DNA of 64,000 nt, counting the filler, from Basidiobolus ranarum (lineage: Eukaryota), in NCBI GenBank assembly GCA_040143965.1. It is 11 parts of 11 records of this genome, joined end to end, with 100 filler letters (N's around TTAATTAATTAA, not from the genome) between each part and the next. Parts side by side here need not be neighbours in the genome. Positions count along the whole stretch, not along the records: positions 23,431 to 29,179 come from JASJQH010008384.1; positions 29,280 to 35,026 come from JASJQH010008385.1; 9 more parts are not named here. One strand, 5' to 3'. Shown one piece after another: positions 23,536 through 35,126 of the stretch. Each line of letters starts with the position of its first letter. The first letter of the stretch is position 1. Both the position numbers and the translations under genes were made by a program. The notes below the pieces were generated by a model. The model was not told the origin of the DNA. It saw only the letters and a program-made list of their open reading frames with translations, and ran no database searches.

Positions 23536-25724
23536 AAGTCTAAAAGGGGATGACTGTATAGAAAGTATAAAATGAGCTGTATTGGATCAAGAACAAGATA
23601 GGCGAGTTGAGAAGTATCGCTCAAAAAAGTTGGAGAAAAAGCGACGAGCAGAGCGTACTGAAAGCTGATTGTACCTGAAGAAGAAAGAGAGGAAATCAGC
23701 GGTGCAATTGTATGAGTTGATACAGATTCCGTTTTCAGATCACCTTTATATAGTGGTGGGCCAAATCCAATTTGCCCTTTTCCAAATACACTTTGTTTGG
23801 TGAGAGCTCACTGTGCATTCATAGGACCCCCAAATATGGCAATTTGTTGAGAATGGCTACAAAATAGAATACTTCTGATCTTACAATATAGGATACGGCA
23901 ATATTAATTTAACTCGTAATTTCCGAACATAGGTTTTCGCACATTTTGGAGTATTTAGAAAGCGCCCTCTCAGGGAATTGCGTATAGACCATCTAGAGCC
24001 ACGGCCACTAGATACTGCCTCATGTCAAGAGAGGGCTTTGACTAATGGTGTGCCATGGATTTCGAATGCTCGGTAGAACTCAATATGGGCATGCTTTTCA
24101 CATACGCTCAGACTTCACCAGAGCAGCCACTTTACAGGCGTCCAAGGCCCGATGTGGATTGATGGCAGTGCTCTCAGATCCTGTTTAGAGTCGGTGGTGT
24201 ATTATTTGTCTCACTCCAGGGATATTGACATGACGTATGATCGCTCTCATTCATTTCCTCTATATTAGCGCCTACATTATAGTAGAGTAGCGCTCTAATG
24301 AGGGTTTCTTGTGTGGCAGAATCGAGCAAGCGTTGGATGTTGGAAACTACGCTAATAGCGATCCTACGTTCACAACATAAATTACCTGCGTCCAGATCCC
24401 TTGTAGCACTTGAAAACTATTTGGAGATCACGAGTCAATCAACAATTGATTGATTGTGACAATTTCTCCAAGTACAGATCTTTAATCATGCCTTCTTTCG
24501 CAGTGCAGGCGATCACCTGCTGACACCATCGACTTGATTGAAATGAAAATCTGTCGAATTTTAATGAAAAGCCGGCTTCTGCGAGGTTTGCAATCGAAAG
24601 AAATGGATATAAGCCATATCCGAGCCGAGAAAATGGTCATCGCTTCAATGCATTGCCCTTCTTAGCCCTAACCCTCCTGTGGACATAATGTGTGTTTGCT
24701 AATACCGGTGCTACGATAATTCCAGTTCTTCCAGTTTTACTACGCAATACGTCTCACCTTTGGTCCGATGCCATATAGGCACAGCAATATCCCAGTGGTT
24801 GAATTGCGCATTTGACATCATTGCGATCACGAGAATATCCTGTATCCATATCGAATTGGCCAATATCGCTGTTCCCATCATCTATTTTCCATATAGTCTC
24901 AGCAAACATCATGGCAGCTGGTTCAGAATCACAAGTGCTCAAATGCCACAATCACGAGGCCGGAATTAGATACGATCATGTCCATACTTGAAGATAGGCT
25001 TAAGTTGGATTAAGATTTCTAGTTTATACTTTTACAAGTAGGCTCATACAATTGCCATAATAAATCAGCTTCGAGTGGTTCAAGAATCTGTGAAATACTG
25101 AGATGATTGGGCTGGAAGATGGGCACATGCAATAGTAAAACCATCCTATATTCGTTGATTGCAGGCTTTCCACGGCAAGAGGATTGAGCCGATTTCGTTC
25201 TATTTTCTGGCTATCACGTGCAAAGTCAATGCTTCCTCCCGAATATTTCCATCACTCCCTTCAATCAAAGCTAGCTGCACACAATGGGAGGTATTATTAT
25301 CTATGGTAGTCAACAGAAATAGAAGCCGTTGAGTGTTTTATTACAAGTACCGGTATTGATGTAAAAGTATAATGGCAAGGACACATTCGGAAGATGCTGA
25401 AGAAGTTGGAGAAAATGCTTAGGAGCTCCATACATATGCAAATATTGGAGTTTGGAATGTTTCTGCTACAAAATGAATACTGACTCTATCTTGCCCTGAG
25501 GTTTAAAGACAACAGTATATATGATGCTCATGCCCCAAACTACTAGAACATTCACCTGCTTCTTAGTTAGAGCATACTTTTTGACTGTATGCATTTGCCT
25601 TTGCTTAATGGTTTTCATTAATCACCTATTGGTTGTTTCCCAATTCGATGACCATCAGATAGTTTAGATAATCGACTAAGTTTCTATATATCCGGATAGT
25701 GCAAAGTGCACAGAATACAAACCT

Positions 25725-26044
25725 CCCTGTTGAAATAAGCATAGCCTAAACATCTATGTTATCATATATAGCTTGGAATTTAGTTACTCCATATTGAACC
25801 AAGATACTACCTCAAGAGGAATTTACTTAAAAGTTTGAAGATATATAGATTTAGATAACTAATACTAGAAGCCCCAAACTTTGCACACATGTTTCTAGGA
25901 CTTTTCTTAACACATTCTACACGTTAGTTTGTTTACATCTTGACAAAAGTATAAATATCAACTTTCTACTCAATAAATCAATAAGTGGAAACCACAAATT
26001 TCTCTAATTCTCCAAACCACTTCCAACAGGCTCCGAAAGTACTT
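25725..26044 (-). repeat. Dispersed ~300-bp repeat unit, inverted copy
   Basis: Reverse complement matches 40621-40800 almost continuously; left edge begins CCCTGTTGAAAT. Confidence 0.85.
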
Positions 26045-26289
26045 TAGCACTCCCAACAACCTGTTGAATTTAGGTTTCCCTCACAGAATAATATTCAAAC
26101 TTTATTTCAGTGGACTATACTTTCTGAGTGCAAAATACAATTAAAGGGTGGCCCATCGTAATAACATTTGTAGACATAATTTGCTGCAAATAACATAGTA
26201 TAAGAATCTATATCATCATATAGCTACCTATCTAAGCTTCACTGTTGTTATTCAACATCTTTACTTGAAATTTACTTCGAGAATTTTTG

Positions 26290-26510
26290 CAAACTTGGAA
26301 ACTCTCAGATTATGTGATATTCTTAAACTTGGCCAAAAGTCCTCAAGCTTTGTACACCGTTTCCTGATACATTTCTGAGCATATAATACAATTTCTTTGC
26401 CTACTTCTTGACAAAAGTACCAAGGTCAACTTACACTCCATAAATCATTGAGTGCAAGTTACTAATTCTTCTAGTTCTCCAAACGACTTGCTATATCTCC
26501 CAAAATACTT
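26290..26510 (-). repeat. Dispersed repeat unit, diverged inverted copy
   Basis: CTTGACAAAAGTA, ATAAATCA and TTCTCCAAAC.ACTT...AAATACTT occur in the same order as in 25870-26044. Confidence 0.65.
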
Positions 26511-28159
26511 CAACCGAATATGAAATCATTAGTACCTGATGAAAGTTAATAATAAGCCTTAGGAATAGGTGCCAATTTCTTAACTCGCAGAAACCCAGCT
26601 ATAATATTACGGCTGTAGTTGTAGAGTAACTAAATAATCATTCATTTGTTCAGTCTGACTGGACAAACTACCGTGAATTTGTATTAATATTAATATCAGT
26701 ATCTTTTCATACTTTTCAAAATATACCAATTGTTCAACAAATTAGCATTATAAACCCCTGATGCTGCAGTGTCGTAATGCTGTCCGCAAAAAATAGAACC
26801 TGTTTCGAATATAGGTTTCAATGAAGAGATAAAGGAACATTCAGAGAGGCATTCAACAATGCATCTGTGGCAGAATCCTCGTAATATTTGGAGTAACCGC
26901 ATCTATGAATGATTAACAAAAAAAAGGAATCAAATTAGAGAAATATTTCTGCAGAAAATATAGGAAGATGTGAATTGCCATAACTAAGTATAAGGAGTAG
27001 ATTTAACTACTTAATGTTCACCACCTTGATGATCCCATCTCAATCCTGCTCTAATGTCTCCTAGCATCACAATTAACCACAGCCACTATAAGTTTAGTAA
27101 GAAGCAAGGAAATAGATAGTTCAAGTGGTTAGATGCCTTCGGGTTTCCACTCTTCCAACTAAGAATTGTAGCTTCAATATCCAGTCAATCAAGCTATGAG
27201 AAAGCATCAAGGCAGTAAGCGATTCATGCAAATTCTGAGGCAGAGCTGTTCACCTCGATTAGGCTTTCATAGAATCACTTTTGGCGGTACCAATCACCGC
27301 TTATACTGTAGTTATATACACGATTGCTTTATTGTGAACTATTGATGGATATAGGTGCGACCCAACAATACTTGGCCTACTGTTCTTCAGTATGCATCTG
27401 CGTTATTTGGTCCTAGATAGACATCTCTGAAGAATGGCTATCTACTAGCGAGGATTTCTGCGACAGATATGATTGACATGGTGTTTATTTCGTTTGTAAT
27501 CTACTCATTCAATATTCCATTGGTTACTGCATTTCCAAGTGCACTAGTTAATAAAACTCTGTTAGGTAACGGTATCCAGCCTTCCTGGGAATGATCGAGT
27601 AGACTAGTGAAGGATAGAGAGATATGCACTTCCTACATAGTCCATAGTCAAGGATCATTAGAATATAATTTTAGCCAACACCTATGTATCCCCATGAGAT
27701 TTGGAGTATCTATCTTTCGCACGGCAGGTCAACGAAAATTTAACTAGAGTTGTAGCATCATATCATATATGTAGTAAAGGTCTACTTTGACTCACTCCCA
27801 GCATAGATTGTTAAAAGTGGCAAGCAAAGAGTAATACTGATATAATAGTGGCTGGCCATAAAATAGAGTCAACACTTATCAATGCACAACAGAAGGAAGA
27901 AGGGTTGAACTTATGTTACATCCCACATGTACTGTAGTTAGTGAAAGCGTAAGCTATCTCTTCATGGGTTACATTCCATACCAACAAGTACACCCCTATG
28001 CATGCACTTCAAAGCTTAACTACATTCTACTGAATTTTGAGGTGCGACATTTATTATGAATTTTCAAAAGAGGAGGGAGTATTTGCGATTTGGAATGATA
28101 TCAAAGGCAACCTCCGAGTTCCTAATGTTTGATTTACACAAGATTTGAATCGATTAATA

Positions 28160-29179
28160 TTAGACGCGGCAGTTCAAATCTTCACTCCATTCTTCGCTTC
28201 CAACGCATTTCCTGCACATAAATAATCCTGATGGATCATATTTCATCTTAATTACTTTCAGTCGTGGGTAGTTGTTTCCAAAGAATGACTGCTGCCATTC
28301 AGGTTCATTCACATCCGCTTCATTCAAATAAGATCCTGAACCAGGGGTGATGTCTCTCAAGAATTTGGTTGTTCTCGTTATGTTGCGAGCTATTTCATGT
28401 TGCTCTGCAATAGTCGAATTGTCACTCCATCCGTTTGATACAACAATATGCCAAAGGGCATCACGCCAGGCTGGGAGTACCGAAGTCTCCTCCTTGCTAT
28501 GAGATACAGCGCCACCAGCAACGAGATGCCCAAGAATGGGGATTTCTTTATTTTGTCCTTGAACTTTGAGTAAAGTATCAGTGAACTGGCTAATCTTCTC
28601 ATCCGTTTCGAAGTTTTTCCGAGGTATTAATCTGGAGCCTAATGCTGTGACGGATCCAGACGTTTCCGTAATAATAGCTTGATACCAACTATAGAATGTA
28701 GGATAGGATATAGCCACCCCTCTCATGGTTAGATTAGCATACTGGTCGGCGAAAGATTGTAGGGGGGCAAGAGTCGATAGAGCAAAGCTGGTGTTGGAAT
28801 TAGGGAGAAGGTACGCCCATGATAGCTGTTGATCATTCAAGAAAAAGTACCCAGCCCAGCCAACATCAGACCAAGCTGGATGAATCCGGATAAATTCTTG
28901 GATGAAATCCCGGTAACTATTGGCGTCTGTAGCGTTGACTTGATATAAGATACCAGCAACGCTATTAAGCGCTTTATATGTTTTATGTGTCGCTTCCACC
29001 ACAACTCCAAAAGTCCCGCCCCCTCCACCGCGGAGCGCCCAGAATAGATCAGAGTTCTGGCATGCATTTGCGGTGCGTAGCTTACCATCAGCAGTGACTA
29101 TCCGATATTGTAAAATATTATCGACACTTAGACCGTATTGAGCTGAAAGTGGACTATGCCCGCCTCCTTGGGAAAATCC
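28160..29179 (-). CDS. FAD-binding oxidoreductase, berberine bridge enzyme-like (5' end cut)
   Basis: Frame is open from the contig end: GFSQGGGHSPLS..YGL.VDN, DLFWALRGGGGGTFGVV, BBE domain GSYLNEAD...WQQSFFG.NY.RL..IK.KYDP. Confidence 0.93.
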   Translation of the reverse strand, partial: GFSQGGGHSPLSAQYGLSVDNILQYRIVTADGKLRTANACQNSDLFWALRGGGGGTFGVVVEATHKTYKALNSVAGILYQVNATDANSYRDFIQEFIRIHPAWSDVGWAGYFFLNDQQLSWAYLLPNSNTSFALSTLAPLQSFADQYANLTMRGVAISYPTFYSWYQAIITETSGSVTALGSRLIPRKNFETDEKISQFTDTLLKVQGQNKEIPILGHLVAGGAVSHSKEETSVLPAWRDALWHIVVSNGWSDNSTIAEQHEIARNITRTTKFLRDITPGSGSYLNEADVNEPEWQQSFFGNNYPRLKVIKMKYDPSGLFMCRKCVGSEEWSEDLNCRV

Positions 29180-29279
29180 NNNNNNNNNNNNNNNNNNNNN
29201 NNNNNNNNNNNNNNNNNNNNNNNTTAATTAATTAANNNNNNNNNNNNNNNNNNNNNNNNNNNNNNNNNNNNNNNNNNNN
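29180..29279. other. Artificial contig linker
   Basis: N44-TTAATTAATTAA-N44. Confidence 0.99.
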
Positions 29280-29780
29280 TCAGTTTACCTTTGCAGAAGT
29301 AATTAGTGATGAACAGGGCTCTAGGCGCCTGTATTTATACCATGCTTCAGGAAACGACTACTTTTACTTTTCACTTCTCATGGCACTATATATGCAGTGC
29401 AATATGAACTAGCACATATTGATTAGTGACCAGCGCAACAATATTTCAAGCATTACTTAAGTATGGCTGCTCTGTCTGTACATTGTGTGATTATTGAATC
29501 ATAAGTGATATTATTTCCAGAATTTACTTGAACTCAGTACAAGCAAGTTATACTACATCACACCTTATGGTGATTCTCTTATGTATATTATAAAAGTCCA
29601 GTATACAGCTAATCGCGTTGGGGAAAGTGAGCAGAAATTTATTGTATAACAAAGATCCACTTGAATCGCGACACCAGCTAGTAAATGGTTATTCCTTGAT
29701 ATGGCTGAATATCTAACAATTGCAAGTACTCAGCATTTGCCAGTCGATTCAGGCCAAGTTTATTTTGGTGCTATCATCAG

Positions 29781-32700
29781 CTATACATCAATACAACTTT
29801 GATTATCGTCCGACTCTGACTCTAACTCTGAATCCGAATCACTTCCTGCAAGCTCAGCTACAAGTCCTCGGTTATTTTCTATATCGGCAAGTGCTCCCCA
29901 ATCTAGTAAGAGGCTGACAGCCTCCATATCCCCTTCTGAAGCTGCGTGATGTAATGGGGTGTTCCCCATATTGTTGATTGCATTGACGTTAGCACCAGCA
30001 TGAACAAGTAACCATATCACTTGAACATATTCTATAGAACTCCCTGATCTGCCCGCATTATGTAAAGGAGTGTCTCCACTGTTATTGGTGGCATTAACTT
30101 GTGCACCCGATTTTATGAGAAAATTTACTCCCTCTACATTACAACACTGTGAGAAATAATGTAACGGAGTGTTTCCCAAAAAGTTCTTTTCATTGACATC
30201 GACGCCATTGTATAGAAGAGATAGTAGGCTTCGATCACTACAAAAAAAAGCGAAGTGCAAAGGAATATTTCCATATCGGTCTTTTGTAGTAACATTAGCC
30301 TGGCAAGCGATCAACTCTCTCATTATCACCTCTTCATTCTCTTTAACAGCAGCGTGCAGTGGTGTGCTTCCATCTAAACTCCTAGCATTGATATCTGAGC
30401 CATCGTTTAAGAGGGTGTAGACAGCAGGCCAACTTTTCCGTTGAGCTGCGCGATGAAGTGGTGTTTCATTGTTAATATCTCTAATGTTAACATCCGCTCC
30501 AAAATTGAGTAACTTTAATACAAATGCCACATCATGATCTACAGCATAATGGAGAGCTGTGCCGCCAAGTGCATCTTTACTATTGACCGCCGCCCCATAT
30601 TCCAGCAGGATCTTCATTAGAGCTAGATCCGCAATAATAGCAGCATTATGTAACGGAGTAATTCCATAATCGCTTCTTGTGTTGACATCAGCTCCTGCCC
30701 GAAGTAGAAGTCTGACTATATCAAGATTACGCCAAGCAATTGCTACGAACAAGGGAGCGTGTCCTTCGTAATTCTTTATGTCGACTTGAGCTTTGGCACT
30801 AATCAGATATTTACAAATTTTGCGATGACCATTTTTTACGCTGTAGTGCAAGGCGGTCCATCCGTTGTGCTCTTTGGCATTAACATCTGCACCTTGTTTG
30901 ATGAGAGATACCACTTGATTGTAATCGCCCATTTTAGAGGCAATGTGAAGATCGAAGTCCCCCTCAGCGTACTGTTTCGCTCCGAAACTCTTGAGAAAAT
31001 CCACCATCCCTTCATTTCCGATCTTCATGGCAAAGTCAAGCGGGCGCTTTTTACTTTCATCGTAAATGTTGATTTCAGCACCAGCGTTGAGAAGTAATTT
31101 TACAACTTCTGTGTCTCCAGTTTCGACTGCCATATGTAGCAAACTACCTTGAGTATTCACTACATTTACACGGGCCCCAGCATCTAGTAGGATCTCTACT
31201 ATCTCGATGTTGTGAGAGTCGCTGCCAAATGGTGTCTTGGAGCTACCAAATGGTGCTACGTAACGTGTAAATGGTGCCATCAGAATATTTATAGATCCAA
31301 ACTCTACACTAGCCCCATAATCGAGTAACAGCTTCACTAACTTGAGGTTTCCTGACAGGGCTGCACGGTAAAGAGGAGTACTATCATCATTATTTGTCAC
31401 TTCCAGTTCTGGCACAGCTTTCAATAGCACTTCTGCTATTGCTTCATCTTCAACAACATGTAGCGGGGTGTTACCTCGGTCTGTAGTAATGCGAACACTT
31501 GCCCCCTCTTGAAGCAGAAACTTCACCATTTCCAAATGGCCATTCTCCACTGCATGGTACAAGGGTGAACCATACGAAGTATCCTCTACATTGACATTTG
31601 CTCCAGCTTGAATTAACAGCTTCAGCAATTCGAGATGACCATGTTCAGCAGTAACTGTAGCAGGAGTCTTACCTGTCACTGTCTCGATGTTTACATTCAC
31701 TCCAGCTGACAATAAAAGCCGTACAATCTCTGCATCGCCATTCTTCACTGCCAGAAGAAGAGGGCTTTGCTCCTTACAATTTTCAATGCTTGTTCTCGCC
31801 CCAGCATCAAGGAGTAGTTTCACGATTCCACTGTTTCTGGCTCGAGTTGCATGAAGCAATGGTGTATCTTCTTGGGAATTCCGAATATTAACATTTACCC
31901 CATCCACAGCAAGTAGGATTGGCACCAACTCTTCCCCACCCGTCTGAGAGGCAATGTGCAGTGCTGACTCTCCATCCTCATCCAGTTGGTTGATATCAAC
32001 CTCTCTTTCCACCAAAATCTTGACCAGATTCGCACAGTATTTTGCACAAGCCCAATGTTGCAATGCTCTGCCTCCGATGGTTGGAAGTGTCTCGATGGGC
32101 TCTGAGAAGCTTTCCACCCACATGACTGCGCTCTCCGCATTTCCTAATATCGTTTCCACTAATGCCATCACTCCACGAGAGATTACGATATCTCCTTTAG
32201 TCATAAGATGCACCATTCTCTTGGCATGTTCGTACGATGAATCTTCCGCTTCAGTCGCTTGGCGAGTTAAATAATTCGTAATGGAATCCAACTGCGCTTT
32301 TGCCCAGCTAAGGGACTGTAGTGTAGACACCACTTCTTGTACATTTATGCGATCATCTGGATTGACCTGTGTACATGAAACAATCAGTCTTCGCATTTCG
32401 TGGGGCCAATCTGGTGCTAACGCCTCTATCAGCTCTGAGCCTTCAAGATGCTCCTCTAATTCTTGAAGTTTTCGTTTATTCTGCTGTGGCTTACTTATAC
32501 GCCCGAATACCTTGTAGCATAGTATACCGAAGCTGTAAATGTCGCAGGATGATGATAAACTTTCAGGGGCGGTCCACTCAGTATCCATCATCTTGTAACT
32601 TCTATACTTTACGCCACCAACAAAGTCGATTATTTTTGGCTCCATATCACCATCAATGACTATACTAGAAAGGTTCAATCCGGCATGGATCATTCCTGCC

Positions 32701-33152
32701 TCCAGGGATTTCTCGAGTATTTTGGCTACCTTTAGTAAAATAATCCTCATACCTTCCCAACCAACTGTTTCGCCATGTTCGTTAACAAACTCATCCAAGG
32801 TCGGATCACATACATATTCCGTAACCAACCAAGGCAGTGTACCGCTTTCTTTTTCATCGCCCCTTATTAAGCCCACTGGTTGGAGCAATCCTTCAATGGC
32901 CAACACTGTCAGCTTCAATATTTCGGCAACGGCTACATCCGGCTCGATTACGATGGGGTCCACTTCTTTGATGGACACCAGTTGACTTCCAAGACTCCCC
33001 TTGAGTATTTTTTCATTTTCAGCCTGGACGACTACCTCTACGGAACTTATATCGGCCCTTTGGATATTCATGAGAGCTACTAGACGATCTTGTGTTGGTG
33101 TCTTCCCGAGTTGCAGCAGATTGATTGATGATATAGAAAGAGCGACTATCAT
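29781..33152 (-). CDS. Intronless 1123-aa protein: N-terminal TKL-like pseudokinase domain plus about 20 ankyrin repeats and an acidic tail
   Basis: Kinase-fold motifs VSIK, LVTEY, IHAGLN, KIIDF, WTAPE, DIYSFG and C...P..R. Repeated G.TPLH.A / LL..GA.VN ankyrin units from about residue 355 to 1095. Confidence 0.9.
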   Translation of the reverse strand: MIVALSISSINLLQLGKTPTQDRLVALMNIQRADISSVEVVVQAENEKILKGSLGSQLVSIKEVDPIVIEPDVAVAEILKLTVLAIEGLLQPVGLIRGDEKESGTLPWLVTEYVCDPTLDEFVNEHGETVGWEGMRIILLKVAKILEKSLEAGMIHAGLNLSSIVIDGDMEPKIIDFVGGVKYRSYKMMDTEWTAPESLSSSCDIYSFGILCYKVFGRISKPQQNKRKLQELEEHLEGSELIEALAPDWPHEMRRLIVSCTQVNPDDRINVQEVVSTLQSLSWAKAQLDSITNYLTRQATEAEDSSYEHAKRMVHLMTKGDIVISRGVMALVETILGNAESAVMWVESFSEPIETLPTIGGRALQHWACAKYCANLVKILVEREVDINQLDEDGESALHIASQTGGEELVPILLAVDGVNVNIRNSQEDTPLLHATRARNSGIVKLLLDAGARTSIENCKEQSPLLLAVKNGDAEIVRLLLSAGVNVNIETVTGKTPATVTAEHGHLELLKLLIQAGANVNVEDTSYGSPLYHAVENGHLEMVKFLLQEGASVRITTDRGNTPLHVVEDEAIAEVLLKAVPELEVTNNDDSTPLYRAALSGNLKLVKLLLDYGASVEFGSINILMAPFTRYVAPFGSSKTPFGSDSHNIEIVEILLDAGARVNVVNTQGSLLHMAVETGDTEVVKLLLNAGAEINIYDESKKRPLDFAMKIGNEGMVDFLKSFGAKQYAEGDFDLHIASKMGDYNQVVSLIKQGADVNAKEHNGWTALHYSVKNGHRKICKYLISAKAQVDIKNYEGHAPLFVAIAWRNLDIVRLLLRAGADVNTRSDYGITPLHNAAIIADLALMKILLEYGAAVNSKDALGGTALHYAVDHDVAFVLKLLNFGADVNIRDINNETPLHRAAQRKSWPAVYTLLNDGSDINARSLDGSTPLHAAVKENEEVIMRELIACQANVTTKDRYGNIPLHFAFFCSDRSLLSLLYNGVDVNEKNFLGNTPLHYFSQCCNVEGVNFLIKSGAQVNATNNSGDTPLHNAGRSGSSIEYVQVIWLLVHAGANVNAINNMGNTPLHHAASEGDMEAVSLLLDWGALADIENNRGLVAELAGSDSDSELESESDDNQSCIDV

Positions 33153-33469
33153 CCTTTTTATTCATTCTGGCTCAACAATCTCGTTTTGATATGGATTCCT
33201 CTAGTGGTTGACAAACATTTATCACCTCGATGCTGCGGACCATTGGCTCTTATTGTATGATGCCGTTGTTGATCAATGTATCCCCTAACTGGATTGAGAT
33301 TTTTACTGATCAAGATCCGACCAGTAGTTGGAATGTTTTGCCCAAACTGCCGCAGTGATGGTCCAGAGAATAGCTGGTAAGAGCGCTTAATACCACCAAC
33401 GTGCTGTGTCACATAAAATTTCGAGTGATATCAATTGACCCAACATATCTCGTTTGAAGTATTAGGTAA

Positions 33470-35026
33470 CTTAACCAAAGTCAAGTTTGGTTATCTATGA
33501 GTGATTGATACTCCTCTGCCATTGCGGCACTCCAAAACTTTGTGTTGGGACTCTCCATAGCCTTATGTAATGACTTGGGTTCATCAGTAAAGGCTTTATC
33601 AGTGCTAGGCTCCTTTTGGCCAGTGTGAGAATAGTAATCAGGTGGAGATCTCATCTGATTGTATCTCCTAAGATAGGAAATTGGCACTACAACTTGTGGT
33701 ATCAATTTAGGCAATGTAATCTCCTCAGGCTTGGTTGAGGAGACTACAAGTGAGGTACTTTTGATATTTTTCTCACTGATCAACATCTGGTGAGAAAAAG
33801 TGGAATTTTCATTATTTTTGGTGGTTTTTCTGAATCATGGATTATTTTGATTGAAATTTTTCTTCTTAAGCAAAAACTATTTCTCTTGACTTAATTAGAC
33901 TCTTATTTTCAGTGTCATATAGCCTGTACCCTTTGGCTCTGTCACAATGTCTCATACAAAGACATCTCTGGCTATTTTGGTCTAATTTGGATCTCCTCTA
34001 TTCTTGAATCACTCCTTATGCAGCACTTCCAAATACTCTGAGATTAGCCACATCAGGTTTATTTCCAAAGCATGCCTGATAAGGTGTCATAGACAATAGA
34101 GATGTAGAGACTATGTATATCTATTATATATTGCAGTTGCAATCAATATAGCTCAGAACTGATTTGAGAAATCTTGATCATGAAGCATTGATCTTGCCTT
34201 TTTTATTATGGATCTGTTTGCACATTCTGCTACTCTATTTTTCAATGGGGAATATAGCACTGTAGTCTGCAACTTTATCCCATATGTTTAGCAGAAGTTA
34301 GAGCAGGGTTTTGAACTATATTTCCCTCTATTAGCAGTACAGATGATCTTAATCTATAGACCTGCCTCAGTCTCCACCATTGCTTTGAGTATCTTGAAGG
34401 TACTAAGGCTTCATCCTTACTGGCCAGAGAGTGTACCCAAGTATACTTTGTCCAACTATTGATAAAGGTCATGAATTACCCTTTTCTGCCTAAGCATTTT
34501 GTCTGCATTGGGCTCCATAGATCTGAGTGTATTAGGCTCAATTGTTTATCAATTTTGCTCATTCTGGAGCCTACAAATGTCTTTCTGTTTTGCCTACAAT
34601 ATATGCAACCTTCACATGGCTCTGGATCCAGTGGAATTACAAGATTTAGTCCCAAACCCATCTTGCTTTTGATTAAATTCCAAGTTTTTGCTTGTGAAAT
34701 GTTGATTGATTTGGCTGGCTAACATGAACACCTAAGTTTACTTGTCAGATCTTTCTTCCAATGCTGTAACTAAGTTTGAATACTGCACTGGCAGACTACT
34801 TAGAAGAGGCATGTTGATATCTTCTTCCTATGAAGTTGCACCAATATTTCTAGTTGTTTTGCCAAAGATCTCACATTTGCAATATAAGCAAGCATGCTGT
34901 CAGATTTCTCCCTCTTGATATTGAAGCCTACCATTCAAAAAAGCAGCTTTAACATCCATTTGATGTATGATATACTGATATGTAGCTGAAATTGCTAAAA
35001 TCAGTCTAATTGAATTAAACTCTGCT
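33470..35026 (-). mobile_element. Ty1/copia pol relic (GAG-pre-integrase, integrase, RT start; separate RT fragment at 34900-35026)
   Basis: PCEGCIYCRQ, LIHSDLWSP, TFINSWTKYTWV, EPKS...AM...W..AM.EEY.SL..N.T, and SIRLILAI...IHQMDVKAAFLNG; many stops; CpG-depleted. Confidence 0.9.
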
Positions 35027-35126
35027 NNNNNNNNNNNNNNNNNNNNNNNNNNNNNNNNNNNNNNNNNNNNTTAATTAATTAANNNNNNNNNNNNNNNNNN
35101 NNNNNNNNNNNNNNNNNNNNNNNNNN
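35027..35126. other. Artificial contig linker
   Basis: N44-TTAATTAATTAA-N44. Confidence 0.99.
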
